64,000 bases of DNA from Bradyrhizobium sp. Lineage in GTDB: Bacteria; Pseudomonadota; Alphaproteobacteria; Rhizobiales; Xanthobacteraceae. The translations under genes were made by a program, and so were the position numbers. The stretch is from assembly GCA_052143915.1 (NCBI GenBank), contig JBKQRS010000288.1, positions 405 through 64,404 of the forward strand, read 5' to 3'. Of this stretch, positions 29,159 to 40,218 are shown piece by piece; position 1 is the stretch's first letter, and each line of letters begins with the position of its first letter. The notes beneath the pieces were generated by a model. That model saw only the letters and a program-made list of their open reading frames with translations, had not been told where the DNA came from and did not search any database.

Positions 29159-30436
29159 TTATTTCGCCGTATCGCGCGGCCGGAAATTTTCGATCAGCCG
29201 CAGCAGCACGCGCGCGCCGGCATCGGCATCGGCCAGATCGACATGCTCGTCCGGATGGTGGCTGATGCCGCCGCGGCATCGCACGAACAGCATGCCGACG
29301 TCGGCGATGTCGACCATCGCCATGCCGTCATGGCCGGCGCCGCTCGGCAGTTCGAACACGGGATAACCTTCCGCCGCCACGGCTGCCGCCACCTGCGCTT
29401 TCAGCCACGGCGCGCACGGCACGGTTCGGTTTTCGTGCGTCACGTCGACCTGCAGCGCGAGCTTGCGGCGCTTTGCGATCGCTTCGATCTGCCGGACGAT
29501 GTCGGTCACCGCGCGCTTGCGGTGCGTATCGGTCGGCGCGCGAAGGTCCATGGTGAAGTGGACCTGCCCCGGGATGACGTTGGTGGCTCCGGGCTCGGCA
29601 TGGATATATCCGACCGTCCCGACCAATCCGCCCTCGTCGGTGCGGCATAACTCCTCGATCTTGGAGATGCATTCCGCCGCGCCCGCCAGCGCATCGCGCC
29701 GCAGCGCCATCGGCACCGTTCCGGCGTGACCGGCCATGCCGGTCAGTTTTGCCGCCAGACGGGTCGCTCCCGCGATAGCGGTGACCACGCCGACCGGCAG
29801 GTTCCTGGTTTCCAGCACCGGTCCCTGCTCGATGTGGAGTTCGATATAGGCCAGCAGTTCGCTGCGTATCCTTGCCGCCGCGCCGATATGGTCGGGATCG
29901 AGACCGAACTGGATGAGCGCATCGCGCATCGAAATTCCGGCGCCGTCCTTCGAGGCGAGCACGCTCTCGTTGAACGTTCCCGCGACGGCCCGGCTGCCCA
30001 GCAGCGTCGAGGCGAACCTGACCCCCTCCTCGTCGGCGAAACCCGTCACTTCGATGGCGAACGGCAGTCGCCGCCCTCTCCTGTGCAGATCGGCGACGCA
30101 GGAGATCGCCGTGACAAGGCCGAGCGGGCCATCCCATTTGCCGGCATCGCGGACCGTGTCGTAATGCGAGCCGAGCATCAGGCATGGCAAGCCCGGTCGC
30201 TCGCCTTCGTAACGGCCGCAGACATTTCCGATCGCATCGAGATGCGCGTGCATTCCTGCATCGCGCATCCAGGTCAGGATCAGCTCGGCCGCCGCGCGAT
30301 GCTCTGACGTCAGGAAGATGCGCGTGAGATGGCTTGAGGTTTCGGAAATCGTCCCCAGCCGGTTGATCCGGTCGACGATCTCATCGCCGAGGGGGGAGGC
30401 CTGTAGTCCGGCGGTTTCCGCATTCATCTCGCTCAT
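29159..30436 (-). CDS. allC: Allantoate amidohydrolase (M20 Zn hydrolase)
   Basis: GSHYDTV, DGPLG, DEEGVRF, ELHIEQGPVLE, GHAGTVPM, SGAGHD. Confidence 0.8.
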   Translation of the reverse strand: MSEMNAETAGLQASPLGDEIVDRINRLGTISETSSHLTRIFLTSEHRAAAELILTWMRDAGMHAHLDAIGNVCGRYEGERPGLPCLMLGSHYDTVRDAGKWDGPLGLVTAISCVADLHRRGRRLPFAIEVTGFADEEGVRFASTLLGSRAVAGTFNESVLASKDGAGISMRDALIQFGLDPDHIGAAARIRSELLAYIELHIEQGPVLETRNLPVGVVTAIAGATRLAAKLTGMAGHAGTVPMALRRDALAGAAECISKIEELCRTDEGGLVGTVGYIHAEPGATNVIPGQVHFTMDLRAPTDTHRKRAVTDIVRQIEAIAKRRKLALQVDVTHENRTVPCAPWLKAQVAAAVAAEGYPVFELPSGAGHDGMAMVDIADVGMLFVRCRGGISHHPDEHVDLADADAGARVLLRLIENFRPRDTAK

Positions 30437-30659
30437 GCTTCTCCGATGATGGAGCCAAAGCCGCAAGCCACGCGCTTTCGGCCGATCGATTAAGAGTTGC
30501 CAGCGAACCGGCGAATCCGAGGGTGGATCGGAGACTGGTAGCAGCCTATGCCCGATTGACCAGCGGGCAAATAATCGGATCTGCCACTCCCCTTCCATGG
30601 CGCCGCTGCCAAGCCGGATCAACGATTGCTTAACTCCCTTGCATACAATCAAAGAAAGC

Positions 30660-30676
30660 TGCCTAAATCCTAGACA
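30660..30676 (+). promoter_or_regulatory. Putative NtrC-type enhancer site
   Basis: TGCCTAAATCCTAGACA resembles TGCAC-N7-GTGCA and lies ~100 bp upstream of a sigma54 promoter. Confidence 0.4.
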
Positions 30677-30771
30677 GCCGATCTCATGCCCAAGTTTTGA
30701 ACCGAAATCCAAAAAGAACAATACTCAACTAATATCAATTGCTTACTTGATTTTGCACAGCAAAAAAGCTC

Positions 30772-30786
30772 TGGCATGAAGCTTGC
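30772..30786 (+). promoter_or_regulatory. sigma54 promoter of the BMP-ABC/biuH operon
   Basis: TGGCAT-GAAGC-TTGC, preceded by an AT-rich tract. Confidence 0.8.
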
Positions 30787-30865
30787 GACAAAGCGTGTCG
30801 GGCTCCGCCGTTTCAGGCGAAGCCGCGTTTTTAGCGGCGGTCCATCCGCCAAAGGGAGCAGGCAC

Positions 30866-31975
30866 ATGGATTTTGGCAGGATTTCACGGCGACATCTCTT
30901 GCAAGGAAGCGCAGCGCTGACGCTCGGCACAGCCTTCGGTGGGCGAACCGCCTTCGCGGCGGATACCACGGTCGGCTTCATCTATGTCGGCTCGCGCGAT
31001 GACTACGGCTACAATCAGGCCCACGCGCAAGGCGCTGCGGTGCTGAAGAAGATGCCCGGCCTCAAGGTGGTTGAAGAGGAAAAGGTGCCGGAAACCGACG
31101 CCGTCGAAAAGACGATGGAGTCGATGATCAATCTCGACGGCGCGACGCTGCTGTTCCCGACATCGTTCGGATACTACAATCCGCACATGATCAAGATGGC
31201 CAACAAGTTTCCGAAGCTTCGCTTCGAACATTGCGGCGGCTTGTGGACCGACAAGGATCCCAAGAATGCCGGCAGCTACTTCGGCTACATCGACGAGGCG
31301 CAATACATCTCCGGCATCGTCGCCGGCTATTCCACCAAGAGCGGCAAGCTCGGCTTCGTGGCCGCCAAGCCGATCCCGCAGGTGCTGCGCAATATCAATG
31401 CCTTCACGCTCGGCGCCAAGCTCGCCAACCCGAAGGCGACCACCCAGGTGATCTTCACCGGTGACTGGTCGATGCCGGTCAAGGAAGCCGAAGCGACCAA
31501 CAGCCTGATCGATCAGGGCGTCGACGTTCTGACCTGCCACGTCGATGGACCGAAGACGATGGTCGAGAACGCGGCGCGGCGCGGCGCGATGGTGTGCGGC
31601 TATCACGTCAACCAGTCCCCGCTCGCACCGAAAGCCTATCTGACCGGCGCGGAATGGAACTGGGAAGCGCTCTATCCGAAGTTCATCAAGATGATGGCCG
31701 CCGGAGAGACCATCCCGAACTTCTATCGCGGCGGCCTGAAAGAGGAGATCGTCAAGGTCTCGCCCTACGGCCCGGCGGTTTCGGAGCAGGCGCGCAAACA
31801 CGCCGACGACATCAAGGCCAAGCTCACCGCGGGCACCTATACCATCTTCAAGGGCCCGATCACGGATAACAAAGGCAAGACCGTGATTGCGGCCGGAACC
31901 GAGCGCGGCCAGAAAGATCCCGAACTCGAAAAGATGGACTACCTGGTGGAAGGCGTCATCGGAGCGACTTCGTGA
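30866..31975 (+). CDS. BMP-family ABC substrate-binding protein (Tat signal)
   Basis: SRRHLL, GFIYVG..DDYGYNQAH, TSFGY; RBS gggag. Confidence 0.9.
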   Translation: MDFGRISRRHLLQGSAALTLGTAFGGRTAFAADTTVGFIYVGSRDDYGYNQAHAQGAAVLKKMPGLKVVEEEKVPETDAVEKTMESMINLDGATLLFPTSFGYYNPHMIKMANKFPKLRFEHCGGLWTDKDPKNAGSYFGYIDEAQYISGIVAGYSTKSGKLGFVAAKPIPQVLRNINAFTLGAKLANPKATTQVIFTGDWSMPVKEAEATNSLIDQGVDVLTCHVDGPKTMVENAARRGAMVCGYHVNQSPLAPKAYLTGAEWNWEALYPKFIKMMAAGETIPNFYRGGLKEEIVKVSPYGPAVSEQARKHADDIKAKLTAGTYTIFKGPITDNKGKTVIAAGTERGQKDPELEKMDYLVEGVIGATS

Positions 31976-33081
31976 CATCAGAAGTTGCTGGTCCTGCCGA
32001 AGCGATAGCGATTTCCCCGGCCGCAGATCCGGGGTTTCTCCAGCGTTACGGCGGGACCATCGAATACATCCTGATTCCGGGCGCGGCGCTGGTCGGCGCG
32101 CTCGGGGTGTTCGGGATTTTCGTGGCGCTGTTCGGCAAGAGCCCGCTCGACCTCTATTTCTATATGTACCAGGGCGCGTTCGGCACCTGGTTCTCATGGC
32201 AGAACACGCTGACGCGCGCCGCGCCCTTGATACTCACCGCGCTGTGCACGGCGCTCCCCGCGCAACTCGGAATGGTCATCATCGGCGGCGAAGGCGCGCT
32301 GCTGATCGGCGCGCTGGCATCCACCAGCGCGGCGCTGGCGATGCAGTGGGCGCCGCCGCTCGTGGTGCAGCTGGCCATGGCTGCCGCCGGCATCATCGGC
32401 GGCGGACTTTGGATCATGCTGTCGGGCGGGCTTCGTCAATACCGCGGGGTCAATGAGACGATTTCGAGCCTGCTGCTGGTCTACATCGCGCTGGCGATCC
32501 TCAACCATCTGGTCGAGGGCTTGATGCGCGATCCCACCAGCCTCAACAAGCCGTCGACGCGAGAGATCGGCGCGGCCAATATGCTCGGGTCGATACCCGG
32601 CACCGACGTGCATTGGGGGCTGGTGTTCGGCATCGCCGCTGCGGTCGCCTCCTACATCCTGATCTATCACACCGTGTTCGGCTTCGCCGCGCGGGTCGCC
32701 GGCGGCAACATCCGTGCAGCCCGGATCGTCGGCCTCGGCGTCGGCAAGCTGATCATGACCATCTGTTTTCTGGCGGGCGCGTCGGCCGGCCTTGCAGGAA
32801 TGGTGGAAGTCGCAGCGGTGCAGGGCCGAACCAATGCCAATCTCGCCGCGGGCTATGGCTTCACCGGCATCCTTGTCGCCTTCCTGGCCCGGCAAAATCC
32901 GCTTGCCGTCATTCCGGTTGCCATTCTGCTGGGCGGAATCGGCGCCAGTGGCGGGCTCCTGCAACGCCGGCTCGGCCTGCCGGACGCCTCGGTCCAGGTG
33001 CTGCAGGGAATCATCTTCGTCTTCGTTCTTGCGAGCGACGCGCTCTATGGACGGATTGGCTTCCTGAAAGGTAAAACCTGA
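31972..33081 (+). CDS. ABC permease (nucleoside/CUT2 type)
   Basis: IGGEG, VNETISSLLL, GYGFTGILVA. Confidence 0.9.
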   Translation: MTSEVAGPAEAIAISPAADPGFLQRYGGTIEYILIPGAALVGALGVFGIFVALFGKSPLDLYFYMYQGAFGTWFSWQNTLTRAAPLILTALCTALPAQLGMVIIGGEGALLIGALASTSAALAMQWAPPLVVQLAMAAAGIIGGGLWIMLSGGLRQYRGVNETISSLLLVYIALAILNHLVEGLMRDPTSLNKPSTREIGAANMLGSIPGTDVHWGLVFGIAAAVASYILIYHTVFGFAARVAGGNIRAARIVGLGVGKLIMTICFLAGASAGLAGMVEVAAVQGRTNANLAAGYGFTGILVAFLARQNPLAVIPVAILLGGIGASGGLLQRRLGLPDASVQVLQGIIFVFVLASDALYGRIGFLKGKT

Positions 33082-33082
33082 C

Positions 33083-34009
33083 ATGGCTGACGGAACGATC
33101 GGACTCTGGACCGTGCCTCTGGCGGTGTTTGGCGGCGCCATCCGCGTCTCCACGCCGTTTCTGTTCGTGAGCCTTGGCGAATGCATCACCGAACGCTCGG
33201 GTCGAATCAACCTCGGCCTCGAAGGCACCCTTGTGATGGGCGCGATGAGCGCTTACGGCATTTCCTATGTCACGGGATCGCCCTGGCTCGGCGTGCTCGC
33301 CGCCGGCATAACCGGCGCCCTGTTGGGCGCGCTCCACGCCGGAATCTGCTCGCTGCCGCGGGTGAATGACATCGCCGTCGGCATCGCGCTGATGCTGTTC
33401 GGGACCGGCCTTGCATTCTATCTCGGAAAACCCCTGATCGAACCGACGGCGCCGCGGCTGCCCGCGATCGATTTCGGGTGGTGGAGCGACATTGCGCAGG
33501 TTCGTGCCGCGCTGCGGATCAACGTGCTGTTTCTGATCGGCATCGCGCTGGCGCCGATCCTGTACTGGGCCTTTCGGACGACACGATGGGGTTTGCTGAT
33601 CCGCACCGCCGGCGAAAGTTCGGACGCGGCGCGCGCCATGGGATATTCCGTTCTTGCGATCCGTTTGCGGGCAACCATGGTCGGCGGCTTTCTCGCCGGG
33701 ATTGGTGGTTCGTTCCTCTCGCTGTTCTACCCCGGGAGCTGGAACGAAGGCCTCTCCAGCGGACAAGGCGTTACCGCGGTCGCGCTGGTGATCTTCGCAC
33801 GATGGGACCCGATGCTGTGCATGTGGGCATCGCTCGCCTTCGGCGGTGCGGCCGCGCTCGGGCCGGCGCTGCAGTCGGTCGGCGTAACCTCGGGATATCA
33901 CCTGTTCAACGCCGCACCCTACATTCTGACGCTCGCGATCATGATCATCACCTGCTCGCCGAAGCGTACCCTGACCGGGGCTCCGGCCGAACTTTCGATC
34001 ACCCGATGA
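33083..34009 (+). CDS. ABC permease (nucleoside/CUT2 type)
   Basis: [25 protein letters not shown]. Confidence 0.9.
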   Translation: MADGTIGLWTVPLAVFGGAIRVSTPFLFVSLGECITERSGRINLGLEGTLVMGAMSAYGISYVTGSPWLGVLAAGITGALLGALHAGICSLPRVNDIAVGIALMLFGTGLAFYLGKPLIEPTAPRLPAIDFGWWSDIAQVRAALRINVLFLIGIALAPILYWAFRTTRWGLLIRTAGESSDAARAMGYSVLAIRLRATMVGGFLAGIGGSFLSLFYPGSWNEGLSSGQGVTAVALVIFARWDPMLCMWASLAFGGAAALGPALQSVGVTSGYHLFNAAPYILTLAIMIITCSPKRTLTGAPAELSITR

Positions 34010-34037
34010 ATCGATCCCGACAAACGAGGCTAAAGAC

Positions 34038-34721
34038 ATGGCCGAACGCTACCTGAAGTCCGAGCCCTATGCGTGGCCCTATAACGGCGATCTGCGGCCG
34101 GAGAATACCGCGCTCATCATCATCGACATGCAGACCGACTTCTGCGGCGTCGGCGGCTACGTCGACAAGATGGGATATGACCTGTCGCTGACGCGCGCCC
34201 CTATCGAGCCGATCAAGCGGCTGCTCGCCGTCATGCGCGCCCAGGGCTTCCACATCATCCATACCCGCGAGGGCCACCGTCCCGATCTCACTGACCTGCC
34301 CGCGAACAAACAATGGCGGTCGCGCCAGATCGGCGCCGGCATCGGCGATCCGGGGCCGTGCGGGCGAGTGCTGGTCCGCGGTGAGGCCGGTTGGGAGATC
34401 ATTCCCGACCTGGCGCCGTTGCCGGGCGAGCCCATCATCGACAAGCCCGGCAAGGGATCGTTCTGCGCCACCGATCTGGAGCTGATGCTGCGGCTGCGCG
34501 GCATCGAGAACATCGTGCTGACCGGCATCACCTCCGACGTCTGCGTCCACACCACGATGCGGGAGGCGAACGACCGCGGCTTCGAATGCGTACTGATCGA
34601 GGACTGCTGTGCCGCCACCGACAAGAGCAATCACGATCACGCACTGAAGATGATCAAGATGCAGGGCGGCGTGTTCGGCGCCGTCGCCACTTCCGCGGCG
34701 CTGATCGGAGCCTTGTCGTGA
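34038..34721 (+). CDS. biuH: Biuret amidohydrolase
   Basis: [50 protein letters not shown], as I recall for Rhizobium BiuH. Confidence 0.85.
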   Translation: MAERYLKSEPYAWPYNGDLRPENTALIIIDMQTDFCGVGGYVDKMGYDLSLTRAPIEPIKRLLAVMRAQGFHIIHTREGHRPDLTDLPANKQWRSRQIGAGIGDPGPCGRVLVRGEAGWEIIPDLAPLPGEPIIDKPGKGSFCATDLELMLRLRGIENIVLTGITSDVCVHTTMREANDRGFECVLIEDCCAATDKSNHDHALKMIKMQGGVFGAVATSAALIGALS

Positions 34722-36250
34722 TTATCGGCGAGACGCCGCTGCCGAGCGGGCCGCTGGGCGTTGACGCCGCCAACATGACCATGCGGTTTGGCGACTTCGT
34801 CGCACTGGATAAGGTGGAACTAAGAGTACGTCCCGGGTCCTTCCATGCGCTGCTCGGCGAGAACGGCGCCGGCAAGAGCACGCTCGTCAAATGCATCATG
34901 GGCTATTATCACCCGACGGAAGGCGCTGTGCTGGTCGGCGGCCGCGAACAGGCGATTGCCAATCCCAAGGACGCTCATGCGCTCGGCCTTGGCATGGTGT
35001 ACCAGCACTTCACCCTGGTGCCTGCGATGACGGTGGCCGAGAACCTGGTGCTGGCGCGCGACGATGTTCCCGCGGTCGTGAACTGGCCCAGGGAAAAGCA
35101 GGAACTGGAAGCATTTCTGGGGCGCATGCCGTTCAAGGTGCCGCTCAACGCCAAGGTTTCCGACATCTCCGCCGGCGAGCGGCAAAAATGCGAAATCCTC
35201 AAGCAGCTCTATCTGAAGCGGCGGTTTCTCATTCTCGACGAGCCGACATCGGTGCTGACGCCGGGCGAAGCCGACGAGGTCCTCGGCATGCTGCGCGCCA
35301 TGGTGGTCCATGACGACCTGACCATCCTGATGATCACCCACAAATTCCGCGAAGTGATGGCGTTCGCCGACGAGGTGACGATCCTTCGTCGCGGAAAGCT
35401 GGTGGGCCACGGCAACGTTGCCGATCTTACCCCGGACAGCATGGCCCGAATGATGATCGGTGCCGAGGAATTGACGCTTCAGCCGCCCCGGGTCGGCGAA
35501 GTGGGCGACACAAGGCTTGAGCTCGACAAACTCAACGCGCTTGACGATGCCGGCGCGGTTGCGGTTCACGACGTATCGCTCGCGGTGCGGGGCGGAGAAA
35601 TCGTTGGCATTGCCGGGGTTTCCGGCAACGGCCAGCGGCAGCTGGTCGAGGTGCTCGCCGGCCAGCGCCAGGCGGAGAGCGGCGCAATCCGCGTCATTGG
35701 CGATCCCTACCACGCCACCCGCGAGGAAATGCGCCGGCACAAGATGTCCCTGCTGCCGGAAGAACCGCTGAAGAACGCCTGTGTCGGAGGCATGAGCGTC
35801 GCCGACAATATCGCCTTCCGCGAATTCGACCGCGCGCCTTTTGCAAGCGGTGGCTGGTGGCTCAACCGCCCGGCGTTTCGCAGCGACGCCGAGAAGAAAA
35901 TCGGCCTCTACAAGATCAAGACCCGCACGCCCGATACCCCGATCTCGGCGCTCTCCGGCGGCAATGTGCAGCGCACCGTGCTGGCGCGCGAACTCGGCGG
36001 CGATGTCGAGGTGCTGATCGCCGCCAATCCGTGTTTCGGGCTGGATTTTGCTGCGGTTGCACAAATTCATGCGGAGATCATGGCCGCGAGAAACCGCGGC
36101 GCCGCGGTGTTGCTGGTGAGCGAAGACCTCGACGAGCTGCTCGAACTGTCGGATCGTCTGGTGGTGATGTTTCACGGCCAACTCGTCTATGAAGCCCGCG
36201 CCAGCGAAGCCGACCTCACCGAAATCGGACGGCACATGGCGGGTCACTGA
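34718..36250 (+). CDS. ABC ATPase, two-domain CUT2 type
   Basis: [28 protein letters not shown]; GTG overlapping the biuH stop. Confidence 0.9.
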   Translation: MIIGETPLPSGPLGVDAANMTMRFGDFVALDKVELRVRPGSFHALLGENGAGKSTLVKCIMGYYHPTEGAVLVGGREQAIANPKDAHALGLGMVYQHFTLVPAMTVAENLVLARDDVPAVVNWPREKQELEAFLGRMPFKVPLNAKVSDISAGERQKCEILKQLYLKRRFLILDEPTSVLTPGEADEVLGMLRAMVVHDDLTILMITHKFREVMAFADEVTILRRGKLVGHGNVADLTPDSMARMMIGAEELTLQPPRVGEVGDTRLELDKLNALDDAGAVAVHDVSLAVRGGEIVGIAGVSGNGQRQLVEVLAGQRQAESGAIRVIGDPYHATREEMRRHKMSLLPEEPLKNACVGGMSVADNIAFREFDRAPFASGGWWLNRPAFRSDAEKKIGLYKIKTRTPDTPISALSGGNVQRTVLARELGGDVEVLIAANPCFGLDFAAVAQIHAEIMAARNRGAAVLLVSEDLDELLELSDRLVVMFHGQLVYEARASEADLTEIGRHMAGH

Positions 36251-36354
36251 TCCGCCCCCATCCCGCATCACGTTCGGAGCCGGCTTTGCTTGAGAACGCT
36301 GCAGCTTGCCTGTCGCACCTGCCGTCTGCATGATGAGCTGAACGAGGGGCGGCC

Positions 36355-36855
36355 ATGAGCAGCATCTCAAATCCGGTTAGGTTAGAACTCGACGAACTTT
36401 TTCTGCGGCGCTCGTTCGATGTCGCCCGCCGCGCCATGACCCACGGCAACCATCCGTTTGGCGCGATCCTGGTCGACGAGAACCGCAACGTTCTGATCGA
36501 GACCGAGAACGGTTACATGCCGGCGCATGACGGGACCGCCCATGCCGAGCGGTTGCTCGCGACACAGGCCTGCACGACGCTTGGTGCGGACGTGCTGCGG
36601 AATGCCACGCTCTATTCATCCGCCGAACCCTGCGCCATGTGCGCCGGCGCGATCTACTGGGCAGGCATTGGCCGTGTGGTCTACGGCTTGAGTGAACATC
36701 GCCTGCGCGCCGTCACCGGCAATCATCCGGAAAATCCGACGCTCGATCTGCCGTGCCGCGAGGTATTCAAACGCGGCCAGCGCGCGACCGAGGTCGTCGG
36801 CCCCCTGCTGGAGAATGAGGCGGAGGCGCTGCACGCCGGCGTCTGGGATAGATAA
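36355..36855 (+). CDS. Nucleoside/nucleobase deaminase (CDA fold, GuaD-like)
   Basis: PFGA, HAE, EPCAMC. Confidence 0.85.
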   Translation: MSSISNPVRLELDELFLRRSFDVARRAMTHGNHPFGAILVDENRNVLIETENGYMPAHDGTAHAERLLATQACTTLGADVLRNATLYSSAEPCAMCAGAIYWAGIGRVVYGLSEHRLRAVTGNHPENPTLDLPCREVFKRGQRATEVVGPLLENEAEALHAGVWDR

Positions 36856-36914
36856 GACCGACGCTCCCACTTGCGCTGACGCGGCCTGCGGACCGGGATC
36901 GGATACCAGAAACG

Positions 36915-36946
36915 AAAATGGCGCCGCGATTTCATCGCGGCGCCAT
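36915..36946 (-). terminator. Intrinsic terminator between convergent genes
   Basis: 13-bp perfect stem atggcgccgcgat/atcgcggcgccat with a U-tract on the minus strand. Confidence 0.7.
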
Positions 36947-36970
36947 GTCTGCCTGGAATAGATCAGGCGA

Positions 36971-38071
36971 TCAGAACTTCACCGTGACACCGGCGTAAAC
37001 CGTCGACTCGGTGCAGGAGTTCGTGCTCACCGTGCCGTTGTTCAGGGTGCAAACGCCGGGAGCGGCATTGTGGTCGAGGCCGAACTTGTTCTGCCAGTAG
37101 CGGTAGGCAACCCAGGTGGTCACGAACTGGGAGTACTTCGGACCCCAGATCGCCTTGGAGGCATCGAAGGTCAGACGGATCGGCTCGCTGTTGATTTCCG
37201 TCTTGGTCGCGGTTCCACCACCGAGGACGCCCAGCGGTTCGTTCTGGTTGCCTTTCGGTCCGTAGAAGCCGGCACGACCGCTGATGGCGAAATACTGCAT
37301 TTCCGGCGGCAGGAAGCCGAGATCCATGTAGTAGTTGATTTCAACCGCCCATGTGGTCTTGAAGTCCGTATTGCCGTCCGCGATGCAGGTCACTCCCGGA
37401 GTGCCAGGTCCGAACAGACCGCACTGGTCGAATGCATTGTGGTTGATTTCCTTGTACGCCAACGGCGCTACATTGATGTAGCCCTTGTAAGGAAGATCAA
37501 ATGCGAACTGCAGACCGGCGACGAAGTCGCGCTTGGCGGGAGCCAGGAAGCTGTTTTCCGCCTCGCCGTCGGCGCCTACTTCGAACGAAATGTTATGCAG
37601 CGGCCCCATGGTAAACTGCTTGGTGCCGAAGAGTTCGTTCCAGCCGAACGTGCTGCGGATCAGGCCGTAGAATTCGGTCGCACCAGCGCAGTTTGCCGGA
37701 GCACCGCTGAGAAGCACGCCCGCATTCGAGCAAGGCCCGGCCGGATCGTTGTGGTCCGACTTGTACATCGAGATGGTGAAGAAGTTGGTGCCGTAAGCCC
37801 AAACGTCGAAATGGGTAAACGAATAGACGCTCTTTGCGGTCGTGCCGTCGATGCCGCCGCCCGGCTTGAGGCTATAGGCCCCGGGATCGGTGCCTTTCGG
37901 CATCCACGAATAGGTTACCCGGTCATCGATCACGAAGAAGAAAGGCACGTCGGGAACCGGCTTGGCCTTGACCTTGTAGGTGGGCAGGTCCGCGGCGCTG
38001 GCGAAGCTCGCCGGAGCGAGGGTCGACAGTGACAGCAAAGCCGCTGCAATTACTTTGTTACGATAGGACAT
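36971..38071 (-). CDS. Outer-membrane beta-barrel protein, putative Tsx-like nucleoside/nucleobase channel
   Basis: Signal peptide plus AADLP, aromatic-rich amphipathic strands, YRYWQNKFG, terminal F (GVTVKF). Confidence 0.6.
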   Translation of the reverse strand: MSYRNKVIAAALLSLSTLAPASFASAADLPTYKVKAKPVPDVPFFFVIDDRVTYSWMPKGTDPGAYSLKPGGGIDGTTAKSVYSFTHFDVWAYGTNFFTISMYKSDHNDPAGPCSNAGVLLSGAPANCAGATEFYGLIRSTFGWNELFGTKQFTMGPLHNISFEVGADGEAENSFLAPAKRDFVAGLQFAFDLPYKGYINVAPLAYKEINHNAFDQCGLFGPGTPGVTCIADGNTDFKTTWAVEINYYMDLGFLPPEMQYFAISGRAGFYGPKGNQNEPLGVLGGGTATKTEINSEPIRLTFDASKAIWGPKYSQFVTTWVAYRYWQNKFGLDHNAAPGVCTLNNGTVSTNSCTESTVYAGVTVKF

Positions 38072-38646
38072 TGTCGGATTACCCCCAAAGTTGACGATCG
38101 AAATGATCGAGGTCCTTGAGGAGACATTTGCAACGTTCGTTAATCCTGAGAAGCCTCAAGTTTTTCCATGACCTGCCGCAAGTTTCATCAATAAGGGCTC
38201 TATCGTATGCATATCCGACACTTCCGTCTTGGAAGCTTGCCACGCAAGGTAGAGGCAAAGGCAGATGATCGAAGGGCGGATGTCTCTGTATATATTGTAT
38301 TTTTTGTCTATCCCATCGCCATGCAAGCACGGCAATCGTCGGTCCGAGCCAGCATCGATCGCGCCGTCGTAGTGACGCGATGACGTCGCTCATGTTCGCG
38401 GCACGCCTGCACCGCGATTTCGATTAGGTTCGGATCGTCACAAATATGCAACAGATTTTCGCCGGTTTCGGCCCCGCGCTGCACGAAATGGGCTTCCGCA
38501 GTGACGTCCTGTCGGGAGCATCGCGGGGGGAGAATCATGGGGGACGTCTGCCGAAGAGTTGAGCAAACGCTGGCGCTTTTTCCCTACTTACGCTCAAGTC
38601 CAAACTAGCCCACTATTGAGGCACGCCCCTCGCACGCGTGAGATGA

Positions 38647-40218
38647 ATGTTAGACCCAGCGCCTACAGGTCCGCATTCCAGCGGAACGCCCCTGCTCCAG
38701 ACGATTGGACTGACCAAGCGCTACGGCGATTTTCTCGCAAACGACTCGATCGACATCGAAATCTGGCCGCAGCAGATCCATGCCCTTCTCGGCGAGAACG
38801 GCGCGGGAAAATCGACGCTCGTCAAAACCATCTACGGATTGATCCAGCCGAGCGAAGGCGAGATGCGCTGGCAAGGCGAGAAGATGGTTCTTTCCGGGCC
38901 GTCGGAAGCGCGTGCGCGCGGCATCGGCATGGTTTTCCAGCATTTCTCGCTGTTCGACAATCTCACCGTCGCCGAGAACGTGGCGCTCGGCCTCGACGGC
39001 AAGGAATCGTTCAAGGAAATGTCGGCCCGACTGCAGCAGGTGTCCCATGTTTACGGTCTTCCGCTCGATCCCAGGCGCGAGGTCTGGCAACTGTCGGTGG
39101 GTGAGCGCCAGCGCATCGAGATCGTCAGGGCGCTGATGCAGAACCCCAAATTCCTGATCCTGGATGAGCCGACGGCGGTGCTGACCCCGCAGGAAGCCGA
39201 TCAATTGTTCGTCGTGCTGGAGCGATTGAAGGCCGAGGGCCGCGCGATCCTCTACATCAGTCACAAGCTGGAAGAGGTGAAGCGGCTTTGCGATACCGCC
39301 ACGATCCTGCGCGGCGGCAAGAAGGTGTCGACCTGCAATCCGCAAGCGGAGACCGCGGCCTCGCTGGCCCGAATGATGGTCGGCGCCGACATCAAGGAGG
39401 TGAAAGCAGCCGCGGGCCGGAAGACCACGGTGCCGCGTCTCGTCATCAACGATCTCAGCATGGAGCCGGACGATCCCCATGGCGTAAAGCTCCAGCACAT
39501 TTCGCTCGAGTTGAAGGGTGGTGAAATCTTGGGCATCGCAGGCGTCGCCGGCAATGGACAGGATGAGCTCTTCGCAGCGCTTTCGGGAGAGCGACAATCC
39601 ATGGATCCCGGCACCGTGGTGATCGACGGCCAGGCGGCGGGACATCTTTCCATCACGCAGCGACGCAAGCTTGGCGCTGCCTTCGTGCCGGAAGAACGCC
39701 TGGGCCATGGCACGGCGCCACGGATGAAGCTTTCCGAAAACGCCCTGCTGACCGGCCATGCCGCCAGCGGCATGGTGCAGCGTGGTTTCATCAACACCGC
39801 CGCGACGCTGAAGACGGTCGATCGCGCGACTGAAGCCTTCGACGTCCGCAAGGCCAAGCGCGATCCGGAGGCGGCGAGCCTGTCGGGCGGCAATCTGCAA
39901 AAGTTCGTCGTCGGCCGCGAAATCCTCCGCAACCCCGCCGTCCTTGTGGTGAACCAGCCGACCTGGGGTGTCGACGCCGGCGCAGCCGCCGTGATCCGTC
40001 AGGCCCTGCTCGACCTCACCGCGGGCGGCGCCGCCATACTCGTGACCAGCCAGGACCTCGATGAGCTTATCGAAATCACTGACCGGATAGCGGTGATGTT
40101 CCACGGCCGCCTTTCGGAACCCCTGGCGACCGCCGGTGCCAGTCGCGAAAAGCTCGGCCTGTTGATGGGCGGAAGCAGCCTGGCGGAGAAGGAAACGGCT
40201 CATGCAGTTAGTGCTTGA
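38647..40218 (+). CDS. Purine/nucleoside ABC ATPase
   Basis: [25 protein letters not shown]. Confidence 0.9.
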   Translation: MLDPAPTGPHSSGTPLLQTIGLTKRYGDFLANDSIDIEIWPQQIHALLGENGAGKSTLVKTIYGLIQPSEGEMRWQGEKMVLSGPSEARARGIGMVFQHFSLFDNLTVAENVALGLDGKESFKEMSARLQQVSHVYGLPLDPRREVWQLSVGERQRIEIVRALMQNPKFLILDEPTAVLTPQEADQLFVVLERLKAEGRAILYISHKLEEVKRLCDTATILRGGKKVSTCNPQAETAASLARMMVGADIKEVKAAAGRKTTVPRLVINDLSMEPDDPHGVKLQHISLELKGGEILGIAGVAGNGQDELFAALSGERQSMDPGTVVIDGQAAGHLSITQRRKLGAAFVPEERLGHGTAPRMKLSENALLTGHAASGMVQRGFINTAATLKTVDRATEAFDVRKAKRDPEAASLSGGNLQKFVVGREILRNPAVLVVNQPTWGVDAGAAAVIRQALLDLTAGGAAILVTSQDLDELIEITDRIAVMFHGRLSEPLATAGASREKLGLLMGGSSLAEKETAHAVSA

